Notes: generated by a model from the letters alone, not told the origin. A DNA stretch of 64,000 bases from an uncultured delta proteobacterium (GCA_963802945.1 CAWDKY010000015.1:160001-224000), one strand, 5' to 3'. Positions 18,214 through 28,918 are shown, counted from the stretch's first letter. Numbers and translations: made by a program.

Positions 18214-20118
18214 TCAGGTTAAAGAACCGTCCTTGCCCTGATTCGTCGGTCCGCCATCTCCCGGCTTGACCAAATTGGTGAAAGGAATGATCAGATTATA
18301 AACGCCGGAATCCAGGGCGGTGGTAAAAGGGTAAGGGCCTTTCTTAAACACCCGGAGCATCCCTTTATTAGAAGGCAGGACGGAAGCCGTAAAGCCCTCG
18401 ATCCCGTTTTTTTTGGCTACATTAATGAGCATTTGATATAGATAAGAGGCGATCCCCTTGCCTTGATATTCTTCATCCACAATAAAGGCCACATCGGCAG
18501 ATGGACTTTCCTGCTCACGGACATACCTGGCCTCGGCCACGAGCCGGCTGTCACCCTTCGGACCCACCAGCCCGACGATAGATACGATATTCCGGTAATC
18601 CACGTTGACATAGGACTGCATTTTGGTATGCGGCATAGTCCGGACAGGGCTGAAATAACGGTAGTAGACGTCCTCTTCGGAAAAACGATAGAACAACTTT
18701 CGCATTTGATCTTCGTCCGAGGGCCTGATGGCCCGGAAACGAAGGTTTAGCTTATCCTTGAACGTATAGGAATGCTCCAAATCCGCTGGGTAGTAATGAC
18801 CGGCCTCGGTAAGATAGATCTGGTCCGGATAGATCATATTGGCCTCTTTGGCCTGGCGGACCAGTTCGGCCCTGTCATCCGGATGGGCGATATCTATCAG
18901 GGCCAGGGCCCTTTCACGGATGCTTATGCCCTTAAGGTAGGCAATGCCATACTCGGTGACGACCATATCCAGGGCCTCACGGATATTGACCTGATTCGGA
19001 TACTCTTCAATCGAGATCTTGATATTCGATTGATTCCGCAAATTACGGCTGGGCAGGGCACAGATGGCCCGGCCGTTCCGGGACAGCCCCACGCCAGCCA
19101 GCAATTCCAAGGCTTCCCCCATGCCGTAAGCCACATTGCTCATCCCCACATGCATGGCGACCTCCCCGGTCAAATCTACCTTGCGGACAGGGATGATCAC
19201 GGTAAAGAAATCATTGGAGCCGATGATTTTGGGATCCCCGACGACATCGATGCCCTGAAACTCAATCAATGGATTTTGATCCAGCCATTGCATGAGCTCA
19301 GCCGTGCCCAGGGCATAAGAAACCACACTTTTTCCGCGGTAGTAGGTCTTGTCCCGGTTGGTGACTACACCGCATTTGATAAGGTCCATAAGAGGATCGG
19401 TGATAAAAGCTGATTGGACGCATAAATTTTTCTTATGTCTCAGATGGGGACCAAGGGCCTCAAACAGGCTGCCGGTGAAAAAAGGGAGGCAACATCCGTT
19501 ATCAACTAATATGGACACATTGGCCGCCACTTTATCCAGAACAGGGTCTATCGGCCAACGGTCAAAGGTGATGGGCGGCAACTCGGCTTGAACCAGACAG
19601 TCAAACTCTTCTATATTGACCAGGGTATCCCCGAGGGTTCGAGGCACCTGGAGGTTGATCTCCCCGACCACCAAGGCGGCTTGTTTCATGGCCGCCCTGG
19701 CCGCATCTATGGAAACCCCAAGACTGGCCCAACCCGATTCGTCCGGGGGGGTTATTTGAATAAAAGCCACATCGATCCGAAGCGACCTGGATTCAATCAG
19801 CCCAGGGATTCTGGAGAACCGGCAGGGAACCATGTCCACCCGGCCTGACCGCACGGCCTGATCAGCCATCCAGCCCGAGTAAAAGGTTTTCAGCCGGAAT
19901 TTGGTTTGTTGTTGATCCTCCAAAAGGATGGTATCTCCCAGACTGATAAGCTGAATCACCTCGAGGTCTCTAAGATTAGGTAAAGTCGAAGCAAGCAGAT
20001 GCTTGACCAGGGTTCGAGGTTCAGCCGGGCCGGTCCCTACGAAGATGCTCATACCCGGTTCGATTTTTTCCAGAACCTTTTCTGGAGAAAGAATCTTTTT
20101 TTGCCAGGTATCATTCAT
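18214..20118 (-). CDS. Acetyl-CoA hydrolase/transferase fused to a C-terminal GNAT acetyltransferase
   Basis: AEP, SLGVS, VDLTG, VTEYG and IAHPD motifs, followed by a YYRYF...YQGKGIAS GNAT domain. Start taken at ATG 20118. Confidence 0.88.
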   Translation of the reverse strand: MNDTWQKKILSPEKVLEKIEPGMSIFVGTGPAEPRTLVKHLLASTLPNLRDLEVIQLISLGDTILLEDQQQTKFRLKTFYSGWMADQAVRSGRVDMVPCRFSRIPGLIESRSLRIDVAFIQITPPDESGWASLGVSIDAARAAMKQAALVVGEINLQVPRTLGDTLVNIEEFDCLVQAELPPITFDRWPIDPVLDKVAANVSILVDNGCCLPFFTGSLFEALGPHLRHKKNLCVQSAFITDPLMDLIKCGVVTNRDKTYYRGKSVVSYALGTAELMQWLDQNPLIEFQGIDVVGDPKIIGSNDFFTVIIPVRKVDLTGEVAMHVGMSNVAYGMGEALELLAGVGLSRNGRAICALPSRNLRNQSNIKISIEEYPNQVNIREALDMVVTEYGIAYLKGISIRERALALIDIAHPDDRAELVRQAKEANMIYPDQIYLTEAGHYYPADLEHSYTFKDKLNLRFRAIRPSDEDQMRKLFYRFSEEDVYYRYFSPVRTMPHTKMQSYVNVDYRNIVSIVGLVGPKGDSRLVAEARYVREQESPSADVAFIVDEEYQGKGIASYLYQMLINVAKKNGIEGFTASVLPSNKGMLRVFKKGPYPFTTALDSGVYNLIIPFTNLVKPGDGGPTNQGKDGSLT

Positions 20119-20333
20119 GCCTTTGCCTTTGTAATGGCCTGACTCTTTAATGGATCGATCTTCAGTCCATTGGAAAAGAGAATTTGAGGAAATAGTTATT
20201 AGTTCGGAGTAAAAAGAATGAACACCATATGATGAATTTTCAACTCTCAACTCCGAACTATTATCTCTTAATCTTTTACGGCCTATTAAACCTTTATATC
20301 CCTATGACCTTTTTTTGCAGATGGTCTAAAGGG

Positions 20334-22004
20334 TCAATGTACCCTTCGCTTTTTACGACTCAGATAATCCACCAGCAGATATTTGCCTAACTGATTCGGG
20401 GCCGTGAAAAAGGCGCGGCCTTTATTGATTTTAGTTACCTCGTTGACGAAGCTCACCAACAGGGGTGAACGATCGAGCATAAAGGTGTTGATGGTTGCAC
20501 CTGTGCGGGTGAAGGCCCGGACCTCTTTGAGGGTTTCCCGCACCGCAGTGGGACTGATTCCTAAGGTGGGCCATTCAATATGCAATTGTCCGTTCAGGGT
20601 AAAGGCCGTAGGTTGGCCGTCGGTGATGAGGATCACCTGTTGCCGGGCGTCCGGGTGTTGACCGAGCAACCGATGGGCCAGACGCAAGCCGTCCTGGATG
20701 TTGGTGAACACGTCGTCTCCGAAACTGCCCATGGCTTCCAATAGCTCTTTACGGTTGAGCCGACGCGCTTGGGTGGCAAACCCGACCATATAGAACTTGT
20801 CGCGTGGATAGTGGGTGCGGATCAAGTGCTCGAGGGCCAGGGCCACCTTTTTCGCCGCGGTGAAGCGGTCATTCTGGAACATGCTGAAGCTCATATCCAG
20901 CATCAGGACAGTGGCGGTGGCGGCCTGCAGCTCATTCTTCAGGACTTCGAAGTCATCGACTTTAAGCCGGAGCCTGGTCTTTCCCGAACGCATGTCCTCC
21001 GCCTTAAGGCCGCTGCTCACCTCCCGAAATACCGCATTGGACAAAGTGCGGGGTAAATGCAAATGGAAAGGGTCGCCGAAAGCAAAAGGCCGGCTCTCAT
21101 CAGGCAGGACTTCTCCTGGACCGCGAAAGGCCGTGGTATGGGCGCCGAAGGCACCGCGGCCGACCAGGGCGTAGATATCGCGGAGGGCCTTTTGGGCAAT
21201 CAGCCTCATGGCCTTGGGCGTGAGCACTAACCGTCCTTGCTCTGCAGCCACGAATCCGGACTCACGCAGGAAATCCATGAACTGAAGAAAGGTTTGGATT
21301 GAACGACTAGCTTCTTCACCCAGATATTGGGCCAGGTCTTCGAGGTTCATGCCCTGCAGGTCCCCGCGTTCGAGGGCCTCGATCAGCTCGTTTAATCGGC
21401 GCATTTGTTCGGCCATCTCGGCAGCCTGTTCCATGCTCATGGGCTGGTTCCCTTGAAAAAAGTTTTGGGCAGCCAACTGTTGTAGCTGAGACAAGGTTTG
21501 GAGAAACTCCTGAAATTCTGCTGCAGCCTCTGGACTCAGGAAATCGTAGTTTTGAAGCTGCCGCACCGCCTCACCGAGATTCTGCGACAGCCCGTGTAAT
21601 TGTCCCTCGCGCTGGAATAATTCCTCAAGCTTTTTTCGCGCCTGTTCCGATCCGGTGACTGAAAGTTCCTGACTGGCTTCTTCCTCCGCCTTCTGTATGG
21701 CCTTCAACTCCTTTTGTACGATCTGGTCGAGTCGGCGCCGCAACTCTTCACTCAAGCCTTTGGTATTGAACTGCCGGAGCATTTGTTGGCGCTGCTCGCT
21801 CAGCCGGTTGGCCAGGCGGTCCAGACCTTCGAGGCGGAAGTTCTGGAAATCGAAAGAGAGTCCCTCCCGCAGCATCCATTCCAAGGCATAAGCTGCGTCT
21901 CCGGTCTCGAGGAACTTTTCGAGGAAGTCATTGGTCATGGCCTTGAACTCAAGGTCGATGACCTGGTTGCCGTCCCACCGGCTGTAACGATAAATTTTAG
22001 GCAT
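20334..22004 (-). CDS. vWA domain-containing protein
   Basis: YRYSRWDG N-terminus; MIDAS motif DMSFSM; TN and ITDGQPT motifs. Confidence 0.9.
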   Translation of the reverse strand: MPKIYRYSRWDGNQVIDLEFKAMTNDFLEKFLETGDAAYALEWMLREGLSFDFQNFRLEGLDRLANRLSEQRQQMLRQFNTKGLSEELRRRLDQIVQKELKAIQKAEEEASQELSVTGSEQARKKLEELFQREGQLHGLSQNLGEAVRQLQNYDFLSPEAAAEFQEFLQTLSQLQQLAAQNFFQGNQPMSMEQAAEMAEQMRRLNELIEALERGDLQGMNLEDLAQYLGEEASRSIQTFLQFMDFLRESGFVAAEQGRLVLTPKAMRLIAQKALRDIYALVGRGAFGAHTTAFRGPGEVLPDESRPFAFGDPFHLHLPRTLSNAVFREVSSGLKAEDMRSGKTRLRLKVDDFEVLKNELQAATATVLMLDMSFSMFQNDRFTAAKKVALALEHLIRTHYPRDKFYMVGFATQARRLNRKELLEAMGSFGDDVFTNIQDGLRLAHRLLGQHPDARQQVILITDGQPTAFTLNGQLHIEWPTLGISPTAVRETLKEVRAFTRTGATINTFMLDRSPLLVSFVNEVTKINKGRAFFTAPNQLGKYLLVDYLSRKKRRVH

Positions 22005-22120
22005 GATCTTACTTCTGTTAAAAAGGATCCAAGGGTTCTAGGATTCGAGGGTTCAAGGGTTTTTATTTCCAAGCATTTCACTTGAATCCTTGACCCCTGG
22101 AATCCTTGAATCCTAATTTT

Positions 22121-23602
22121 TTAATGAAATCCTTCTCCTCGTTCTCTCCGCAAGACCGGCTTGGGCTTGGGTGCAGCAGGCGGCGCGGTTTTATAGACCG
22201 CTTTGTCCTTGCGCAGTTCCTTATTTAGTTTCTGGTTAAGATGAAGACCTTCCAGGATAAACTCTGCGGCCGAGGCCAGTTGTGCCGGTGAATCCGTTAA
22301 GCCCAGGTTTTTCAGCGGCTCTTGCATTGCCGGTATCTTTTGAAAAAATTCGCGATATTGTGCGGCGGGTGAGTCGGCCGAGACCTCGACCACAGCCCCA
22401 GCGTTAAAGACCTGGATGACCGGCTCCAAATCCTCGACCTGGAAATGGAGGTCAAAAACGCCCTTGACGGATCGTCGAAGCAGGCGATCAACCACCTCGA
22501 CTTCGGTCTGATCTTCACCGGCATACTCGATCTCGATCTTGCCCCGAGAACTGGCAAAAACCGCCGGCAAATCGGAAATACGCGGCACCACTTCCGGTTC
22601 ACCCAAGCGAATCGCACGCTTTTGAGCGCTGGCCATCACACTTTCAAAATTGGAAATGCTCATACGTACCGAGACACCGGAAGACTGATTGATTTCCGGG
22701 CACTGGCGGGCCTCAAAGGTCAGACCGGTGATAATTTCTTTAATATACTCCGGCACAAAAATCTTTTTTTTAGGTACAACTCGAACCAGGGCCTCCTGCT
22801 CGACAATGGCCGTCTCGATCTCGCGTTTGGTTGGATAGTGGGTGCGTACTTGGGAGGCGTATCGATCCTTGAGAGGTGTAATGATGCGGCCGCGATGGGT
22901 ATAATCCTCCGGGTTAGCCGTGGCCACGATCAACATGTCAAGCGGCAAACGCACCTTGAAGCCTTTGACCTGCACATCGCCTTCCTCGAGGATGTTGAAC
23001 AAACTGACCTGCACCTTCTCGGAAAGGTCGGGCAGCTCATTAATGGCAAAGATGCCCCGGTTGGTTCGGGGCAACAGCCCGAAATGGATAACCCGTTCGT
23101 CCGAGAGGTAACGTCCCTCGGCCACTTTGATCGGGTCCACATCACCGATCAGGTCCGACACCGAGACATCGGGGGTGGCCAGTTTCTCTCCGAAACGGTC
23201 CTGACGCGGGACCCAAACGATGGGCAGTCGGTCTCCCAGTTCGACGGCCCGAATCCGGCAGTCGTTACAAACTGGGGCAAAAGGGTTGTCCAGGATCTCG
23301 CAGCCGGCCACTGCCGGCATCCACTCGTCAAGGAGCAGGACCAAGGTCCGGATCAAGCGACTCTTGGCCTGGCCGCGTTCGCCCAGGATCAGGATGTCAT
23401 GTCCTGAGAGGATGGCATTCTCTATCTCCGGGATCACGGTCTCATCATAACCGAGGATCCGGGGAAAAAGCGCCTCACCCGCTGTCATCTTGGCCACCAT
23501 GTTTTCCATTAATTCCTCTTTGACCGAGCGATGGCGCCAGCCGGAGGCGCGTAATTCACCTAAGGTTTGACTCTTATTCACTTTCTTTCTCCCTTCAATC
23601 AT
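22121..23602 (-). CDS. AAA+ ATPase (Mg-chelatase ChlI/MoxR-like), partner of the vWA protein
   Basis: GERGQAKS, INELPDL and ANPEDYT.RGRIITPLKDR motifs. Confidence 0.9.
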   Translation of the reverse strand: MIEGRKKVNKSQTLGELRASGWRHRSVKEELMENMVAKMTAGEALFPRILGYDETVIPEIENAILSGHDILILGERGQAKSRLIRTLVLLLDEWMPAVAGCEILDNPFAPVCNDCRIRAVELGDRLPIVWVPRQDRFGEKLATPDVSVSDLIGDVDPIKVAEGRYLSDERVIHFGLLPRTNRGIFAINELPDLSEKVQVSLFNILEEGDVQVKGFKVRLPLDMLIVATANPEDYTHRGRIITPLKDRYASQVRTHYPTKREIETAIVEQEALVRVVPKKKIFVPEYIKEIITGLTFEARQCPEINQSSGVSVRMSISNFESVMASAQKRAIRLGEPEVVPRISDLPAVFASSRGKIEIEYAGEDQTEVEVVDRLLRRSVKGVFDLHFQVEDLEPVIQVFNAGAVVEVSADSPAAQYREFFQKIPAMQEPLKNLGLTDSPAQLASAAEFILEGLHLNQKLNKELRKDKAVYKTAPPAAPKPKPVLRRERGEGFH

Positions 23603-24184
23603 TCAAGGCTCTTTTTCAATTCCCTGACCAGAGGCAAAATCACCCAAGATCATTTCCCTCTGTCGGGTTTATCTCCGGCCGATGGGTTTTAGCAGCAGAG
23701 CCTTCCGCCTTAGCGGAGTTAATATAGTAACGTTTCCCGTAGCATTCGTCAAAAAGAAAATTGCGATGCCTTAACCTGAACAAGTCGGAACGAAAAGGTC
23801 TTTCATCTATTTTCTTTTCCTGCAATACACAATAACGGTCGATAAAAAATTATTAACAATCCGGAATCAATTTTTTAAAGATCTCAATCGGTTTAATTAC
23901 TGAAACTATTTGGAGGGATTGTTTCGATAACCTTCTTTAAATAAGATAAGAAATTAATAGAGATTGTCAATAAAAAAGAAAGGGGCCGTGACGTTTCGGG
24001 TAACATTTAATCTGATTCAATGAGCCCACAACGTATTCATTTGCAAATTGAATAACAAAATAAGATAATATTGACCCAACAGAAGATGAAAAGAAGAGGC
24101 CAATTGGACGGCCATTCGGGAATAGGTTCCCGTCATCGAAGCGCAAAGTTGTGGCTTTAATATTAAGGGTCTCAAAATAATAGC

Positions 24185-24412
24185 AACATGAGAGGACCGT
24201 GGGGGTCTTTTTTGGGGGATTGTCCAAAGGGTGCCTTATCGCCCTATCCCGGCCCGTCCAGCAAAGTTTGATTCGAGGCAGGGCATTCCCTTTAGCCCGT
24301 TTCCAGGACAGGTGAAGGCCTGCTTCTGATTTAGTTAAATCATTGGCCCGGCAAAGAAGCTTCCAGGTTAAAGGTGGACAACCCCCAAAAAAGACCCCCA
24401 TGGTCCTATGTT
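24185..24412. repeat. ~40-bp inverted repeats enclosing ~150 bp
   Basis: aacat(gag)aggaccgtgggggtcttttttgggggattgtcca versus tggacaacccccaaaaaagacccccatggtcctatgtt. Confidence 0.85.
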
Positions 24413-24494
24413 AGGCAAGCCCATCCATTTCATGTCAAGATAAGTATGAGACCCTTAATATTATCCTTAATATTATCCTTTTGGAGGTGCCCAT

Positions 24495-25370
24495 ATGAAT
24501 CAGCGTCGAGCCTATCGTTCTTTTGTCAGTTATATTGATCGCAGTCGGGAGTACTACGCTGCCCAAGGCTACTCCCAACCATACTCCTGGGCCCACTACC
24601 AGGATGTTCCCTTTTCCCCTCTTAAAAAACCGCTCTCCGAAAGCCGGGTAGGACTGGTGACGACTGCCGGCCGTACAGAGGTGGAGGGTGCAAGTCACGG
24701 GCTGTCCAGGGAGTATTACGCCCTGCCGGCAAATCCCGCACCGACCCGCTTGTACACTGACCACCTCTTTTGGGACAAAAAGGCTACTCATACGGACGAC
24801 ATCGAAAGTTTTTTGCCGCTGAATCGTTTGGCTGAGTTTGCCGCTGAAGGTCGTATCGGATCAATTTCACCTCGCTTCTATGGAGTGCCCACCGATTACA
24901 GTCAGAACAGAACGATACTTCAGGCCGCCCCACAGATTCTCAAATGGTGTCGGGAGGATGAAGTGGAAGCCGTTCTCCTTTCGGCACTCTGACCGGTTTG
25001 TCACCAGACCGTCAGTCTGACGGCACGACATCTTGAAGAAAACGGCCTGTCCACTGTGGTCATAGGGTCAGCCCGCGACATTGTAGAGGAATTGGGTGTT
25101 GCCCGATTCGTGTTCACCGACTTTCCCTTGGGAAACCCCTGTGGGAAACCCTGGGACAAGGAAATGCAACACGCCATTGTAGGTATTGCACTTGACTTGC
25201 TGGAAAGAGCCTGGATTCCTCGTACCACGGTCCAGACCCCGTTCTCTTGGGGCAATGATGAATGGCGGGATGCATTCATGCGGGTGGATGACAACAACCG
25301 TGAAGCCCTGGCCCGAGAAGGAGAGGAACGCCGCCGTTTTCAAGCCGAAGTTATGAAGAAAAGCGACTGA
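24495..25370 (+). CDS. Selenoprotein of the GrdB/PrdB (glycine/D-proline reductase B) family, Sec at codon 166
   Basis: In-frame TGA at 24990-24992 within LLSAL-U-PVCHQTVSL joins track ORFs 24495..24992 and 25056..25370, giving a UxxC motif. SECIS-like hairpin follows. Confidence 0.85.
24993..25030 (+). promoter_or_regulatory. Bacterial SECIS-like hairpin
   Basis: ccgtca-gtc-tgacgg (25009-25023) with lower tgtc/gaca pairing, starting 16 nt after the UGA. Confidence 0.65.
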
Positions 25371-25647
25371 TTATTTACGACCTCAAGAAAAAATAATTGA
25401 ATTCATCTTGATTGCCCTTTATAGTTAGTTCGAAAAGAGAGTTCGAGGATTCGAGGATTCCAGGGTTCAAGTAGTTTTAACTTCCACGCCTTTCACTCCG
25501 CGTGCGGTCCTTGACCCCTTCCTGCCTGCCCGCAGGCCTTGAATCCTTGGATTAATTTTCTTATTTCCTGGTGACCGAAGAGGAATCATGATGACGATAA
25601 AATTGAAGACCACCCGCCAATGAATGGTCTGAAAGAAGGAGAAACCT

Positions 25648-27315
25648 ATGCGAAGTGACGTTATGAAAAAAGGGATTGAAAAAAGTCCCCATCGCTCTCT
25701 GTTTAAGGCCATGGGCTATACCGATGAGGAAATCGCCCAGCCCTTGATCGGAATCGCCAACTCGGCCAACGAAATCATCCCCGGCCATCTCCATTTGAAC
25801 CAGATCGCTCAGGCCGTCAAGGCCGGGGTCCGGATGAATGGGGGAACCCCTATTGAGTTTTCCACCATCGGGGTTTGCGACGGGATTGCCATGAATCATG
25901 AAGGCATGAAATATTCCCTGGCCAGCCGGGAACTGATCGCCGATTCTGTGGAAGTCATGGCCCGGGCCCATCCCTTTGATGCCCTGGTCATGATCCCCAA
26001 CTGCGATAAAATTATTCCCGGTATGCTCATGGCCATGCTTCGCTTGAATATTCCAGCCATCATGATCAGCGGAGGTCCGATGCTCACCGGTAGATGGCGG
26101 AAGAAAGATGTTCACCTGATCAGTATGTTCGAAGGGGTCGGTGAAGTCAAATCGGGAAGGATGAAGGCCAGGGATCTGCTGGAAATGGAAGATGTCGCCT
26201 GCCCGGGATGCGGTTCCTGCGCCGGCATGTTTACGGCCAACTCCATGAACTGCTTGACCGAGGCCATCGGTCTGGGACTTCCGGGAAACGGGACTATCCC
26301 GGCCGTGGCCGCAGCGCGGATTCGTTTGGCCAAACAGACCGGTATGAAGGTGATGGAGCTGTTGGAAAAAAATATCCGTCCTCGGGACATTGCCACCATG
26401 TCCGCCTTTCGCAACGCCATCGCCGTGGATGTGGCTTTGGGGTGTTCGACCAATACGGTGCTTCATGTTCCGGCCATGGCCCATGAGGCCCATCTGGAAC
26501 TGCCTTTGGATTTGTTTAATGCCATCAGTCAACGAACCCCCCATTTGTGCAGTCTGGTTCCCGGAGGGGTTAACAGCGTGCAGGAATTGGATGAAGCCGG
26601 AGGGATTCCAGCGGTCATGGCCGAGTTAACCAAGATCAAGGCCATCAATCTCCGGGTGATGACCGTCACCGGTGCCCGTCTGGAAGAGAATCTGAGAGGA
26701 AAAAAGATTCTAGATAAGGCCATTATTCGTCCGCTGTCTAATCCCTACCATGCCGAAGGCGGGATCGCCATCCTCTATGGAAACCTGGCCCCGGAAGGAG
26801 CGGTGGTCAAACAATCGGCCGTGGCCCCGGAAATGATGGTTCACAGCGGACCGGCTAGGGTTTTTAATTCGGAGCAAGAGGCCCAGAAGGCCATCCTCGG
26901 CAAAAAAATTAAAAAAGCCGACGTGGTGGTCATTCGCTACGAAGGCCCCAAAGGCGGACCGGGCATGCAGGAAATGCTGTCGCCCACCGCAGCCATCATC
27001 GGCATGGGCTTGGGCAAGGACGTGGCCTTGATAACCGACGGCCGATTCAGCGGGGGCACTCAAGGGGCGGCTATCGGTCATGTCTCTCCGGAAGCGGCTG
27101 CGGGAGGAACGATTGGTCTGGTCAAAGAAGGCGACCGGATTGAAATCAATATTCCGAAAAAGAAGCTGACTCTTCTGGTTTCCAGGGATGAACTCAAAAA
27201 AAGGCGGAAAGGTTGGGTTCCTCTTCCACCCAAGATCCAATCAGGATTCGCCTTCCGTTATGCCCAAATGGTCACCTCAGGGAGCACCGGAGCGATTTTG
27301 AAAGATAAACTGTAG
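25648..27315 (+). CDS. ilvD: Dihydroxy-acid dehydratase
   Basis: [35 protein letters not shown] and TDGRFSG motifs. Confidence 0.97.
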   Translation: MRSDVMKKGIEKSPHRSLFKAMGYTDEEIAQPLIGIANSANEIIPGHLHLNQIAQAVKAGVRMNGGTPIEFSTIGVCDGIAMNHEGMKYSLASRELIADSVEVMARAHPFDALVMIPNCDKIIPGMLMAMLRLNIPAIMISGGPMLTGRWRKKDVHLISMFEGVGEVKSGRMKARDLLEMEDVACPGCGSCAGMFTANSMNCLTEAIGLGLPGNGTIPAVAAARIRLAKQTGMKVMELLEKNIRPRDIATMSAFRNAIAVDVALGCSTNTVLHVPAMAHEAHLELPLDLFNAISQRTPHLCSLVPGGVNSVQELDEAGGIPAVMAELTKIKAINLRVMTVTGARLEENLRGKKILDKAIIRPLSNPYHAEGGIAILYGNLAPEGAVVKQSAVAPEMMVHSGPARVFNSEQEAQKAILGKKIKKADVVVIRYEGPKGGPGMQEMLSPTAAIIGMGLGKDVALITDGRFSGGTQGAAIGHVSPEAAAGGTIGLVKEGDRIEINIPKKKLTLLVSRDELKKRRKGWVPLPPKIQSGFAFRYAQMVTSGSTGAILKDKL

Positions 27316-27522
27316 GTTTTTGTACCTTGGGATATGAGAATTAATTTTTTTTTGAAAAAAGTGTGCTCTGTATCGCGACACTAAGAATCCAGGAGTCAGA
27401 ATTCAGAATCCAGAATAGAAACATCAACTCTCCCCTTCCGGTACCTTCTGAATTCTGGCTTCTGGTCCTTGAATTCGAAAATGTTACCTGTGGTTAATAA
27501 TCAATTGGGAAAGAAGTCTTCC

Positions 27523-28535
27523 ATGATTGAAGCCCGGCTGTATGAAAAAGAAAAAGAGCAACGGGTTCGCTGCCGTGCCTGTCATCACCTTTGTCTGATC
27601 AAAGAGGGACAGCGGGGGATTTGCGGGGTCCGGGAGAATCGTCAAGGGACCCTTTATTCTTTGGTCTATGGAAAACCTATTGCTGCTCATGTTGACCCGA
27701 TCGAAAAGAAACCGCTCTTCCACTTTCTGCCCGGATCCGCTTCTTTTTCCCTGGCTACTGCCGGATGTAATTTCCGCTGCTCTTTTTGTCAGAACGCCGA
27801 CATTTCTCAGGCTCGAGAATCTAAAAAAGATTCCCGGGGAAGAGATTTCTCCTGAAGAAGTGATCGCCACTGCCATTCAAGCCAAGTGTCTGTCCATTGC
27901 TTATACCTATACCGAACCCACCATCTTTTTTGAATACGCCCAGGACATCGCCCTTCTGGCCGACGGGAAAGGTTTGAAAAATGTCTTCGTCACCAACGGC
28001 TATATGACCAAGGACGTGCTTGAAGCCCTTCATCCTCATCTTCACGCCGCCAATGTCGATCTGAAAGCCTTTCGAGAGGATTTTTACAAGACCCAATGCG
28101 GGGCAAAACTGTCTCCGGTTTTAGAAACCTTAAAAATCATGAAAAGGCTGGGAGATCTGGGTTGAAGTCACGACATTGATCATTCCGACTCTTAACGATT
28201 CCAGAGAAGAGTTAAAAGAATTGGCTCGGTTCATTGCCGATGATTTGGGCCCGGAGACGCCCTGGCATATCAGCCGATTCCATCCCACCTTTAAGCTTAC
28301 CCAATTGCCGGCGACTCCGGTCAAGACCTTACAGCAAGCTTGGGAAATCGGGAAAGAAGCGGGGTTGCGTTATGTTTACACCGGCAATGTTCCTGGAGAC
28401 GCGGCAGAAAAAACTTACTGCCATCATTGCGGCTATCTACTCTTGGATCGTTTTGGATTTTCCATTTTGAAAAATAATCTGCAAGAAGGAAAGTGTCCTC
28501 GCTGTCAGACTTCGATGGATGGATTCGGATTCTGA
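27523..28535 (+). CDS. amrS: AmmeMemoRadiSam system radical SAM enzyme (two frameshifts, probably assembly errors)
   Basis: DPIEKKPLFHF, CNFRCSFC, YTYTEP, WHISRFHP and YVYTGNV motifs spread over three frames; shifts near 27820 and 28150. Confidence 0.85.
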
Positions 28536-28619
28536 AAAATTTTCAAAGCAAAGGCAAGGGAGAAAATTTCACGACTTTTAAAAAAAATTATTTTTTTTTA
28601 AAAAAAATGCATTTTTTTC

Positions 28620-28648
28620 TTGACATACTATATATAGTTGTTTAGAAT
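28620..28648 (+). promoter_or_regulatory. Sigma70-type promoter
   Basis: TTGACA-17 bp-TAGAAT. Confidence 0.8.
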
Positions 28649-28672
28649 TTCCCCAAATACAATATATAGGAA
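28625..28672. promoter_or_regulatory. Tandem NrdR-box-like operators
   Basis: ataCTATATATAGttg (28625) and ataCAATATATAGgaa (28657), 32 bp apart; consensus is acaCwAtATaTwGtg. Confidence 0.65.
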
Positions 28673-28685
28673 AGGAGGAACTATC

Positions 28686-28867
28686 ATGGCAGCAACCAAA
28701 AAAGCAAAGGCTCCGGCAAAAAAGACTGTGAAAGGCCGCTCCCAAGAAAGCGCAAAACAGCAAAGAGCCCAAGCAAAAAGGCAATAGCCAAGAAGCCGGC
28801 TAAAAAAGCCCCGGCCAAAAAGGCTCCTGCCAAAAAGGCCAAGAAAGCCCCGGCCAAAAAGAAATAA
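28686..28867 (+). CDS. Histone H1-like Lys/Ala/Pro-rich small protein (frame disrupted in the middle)
   Basis: AAAGGAGG RBS; N-terminus MAATKKAKAPAKKTVK; C-terminus AKKPAKKAPAKKAPAKKAKKAPAKKK* in another frame. Not in the ORF track. Confidence 0.75.
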
Positions 28868-28918
28868 CCTTCTGGTTGTTGTGCTGTTGGGTAGTTAAAT
28901 AGTTACTTAACCTCTTAA

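Noticed and set aside
20334-23602. AAA+/vWA pair as a novel system
   Set aside because: A widespread, known gene pair with nothing unusual here.
23967-24401. 144-aa minus-strand ORF
   Set aside because: It runs through the inverted repeat, with no RBS and no motifs.
25561-26544. Long antisense or alternative-frame ORFs (also 22445..23407, 33682..34542, 40120..40914 and others)
   Set aside because: Shadow ORFs of well-supported genes with no recognisable motifs.
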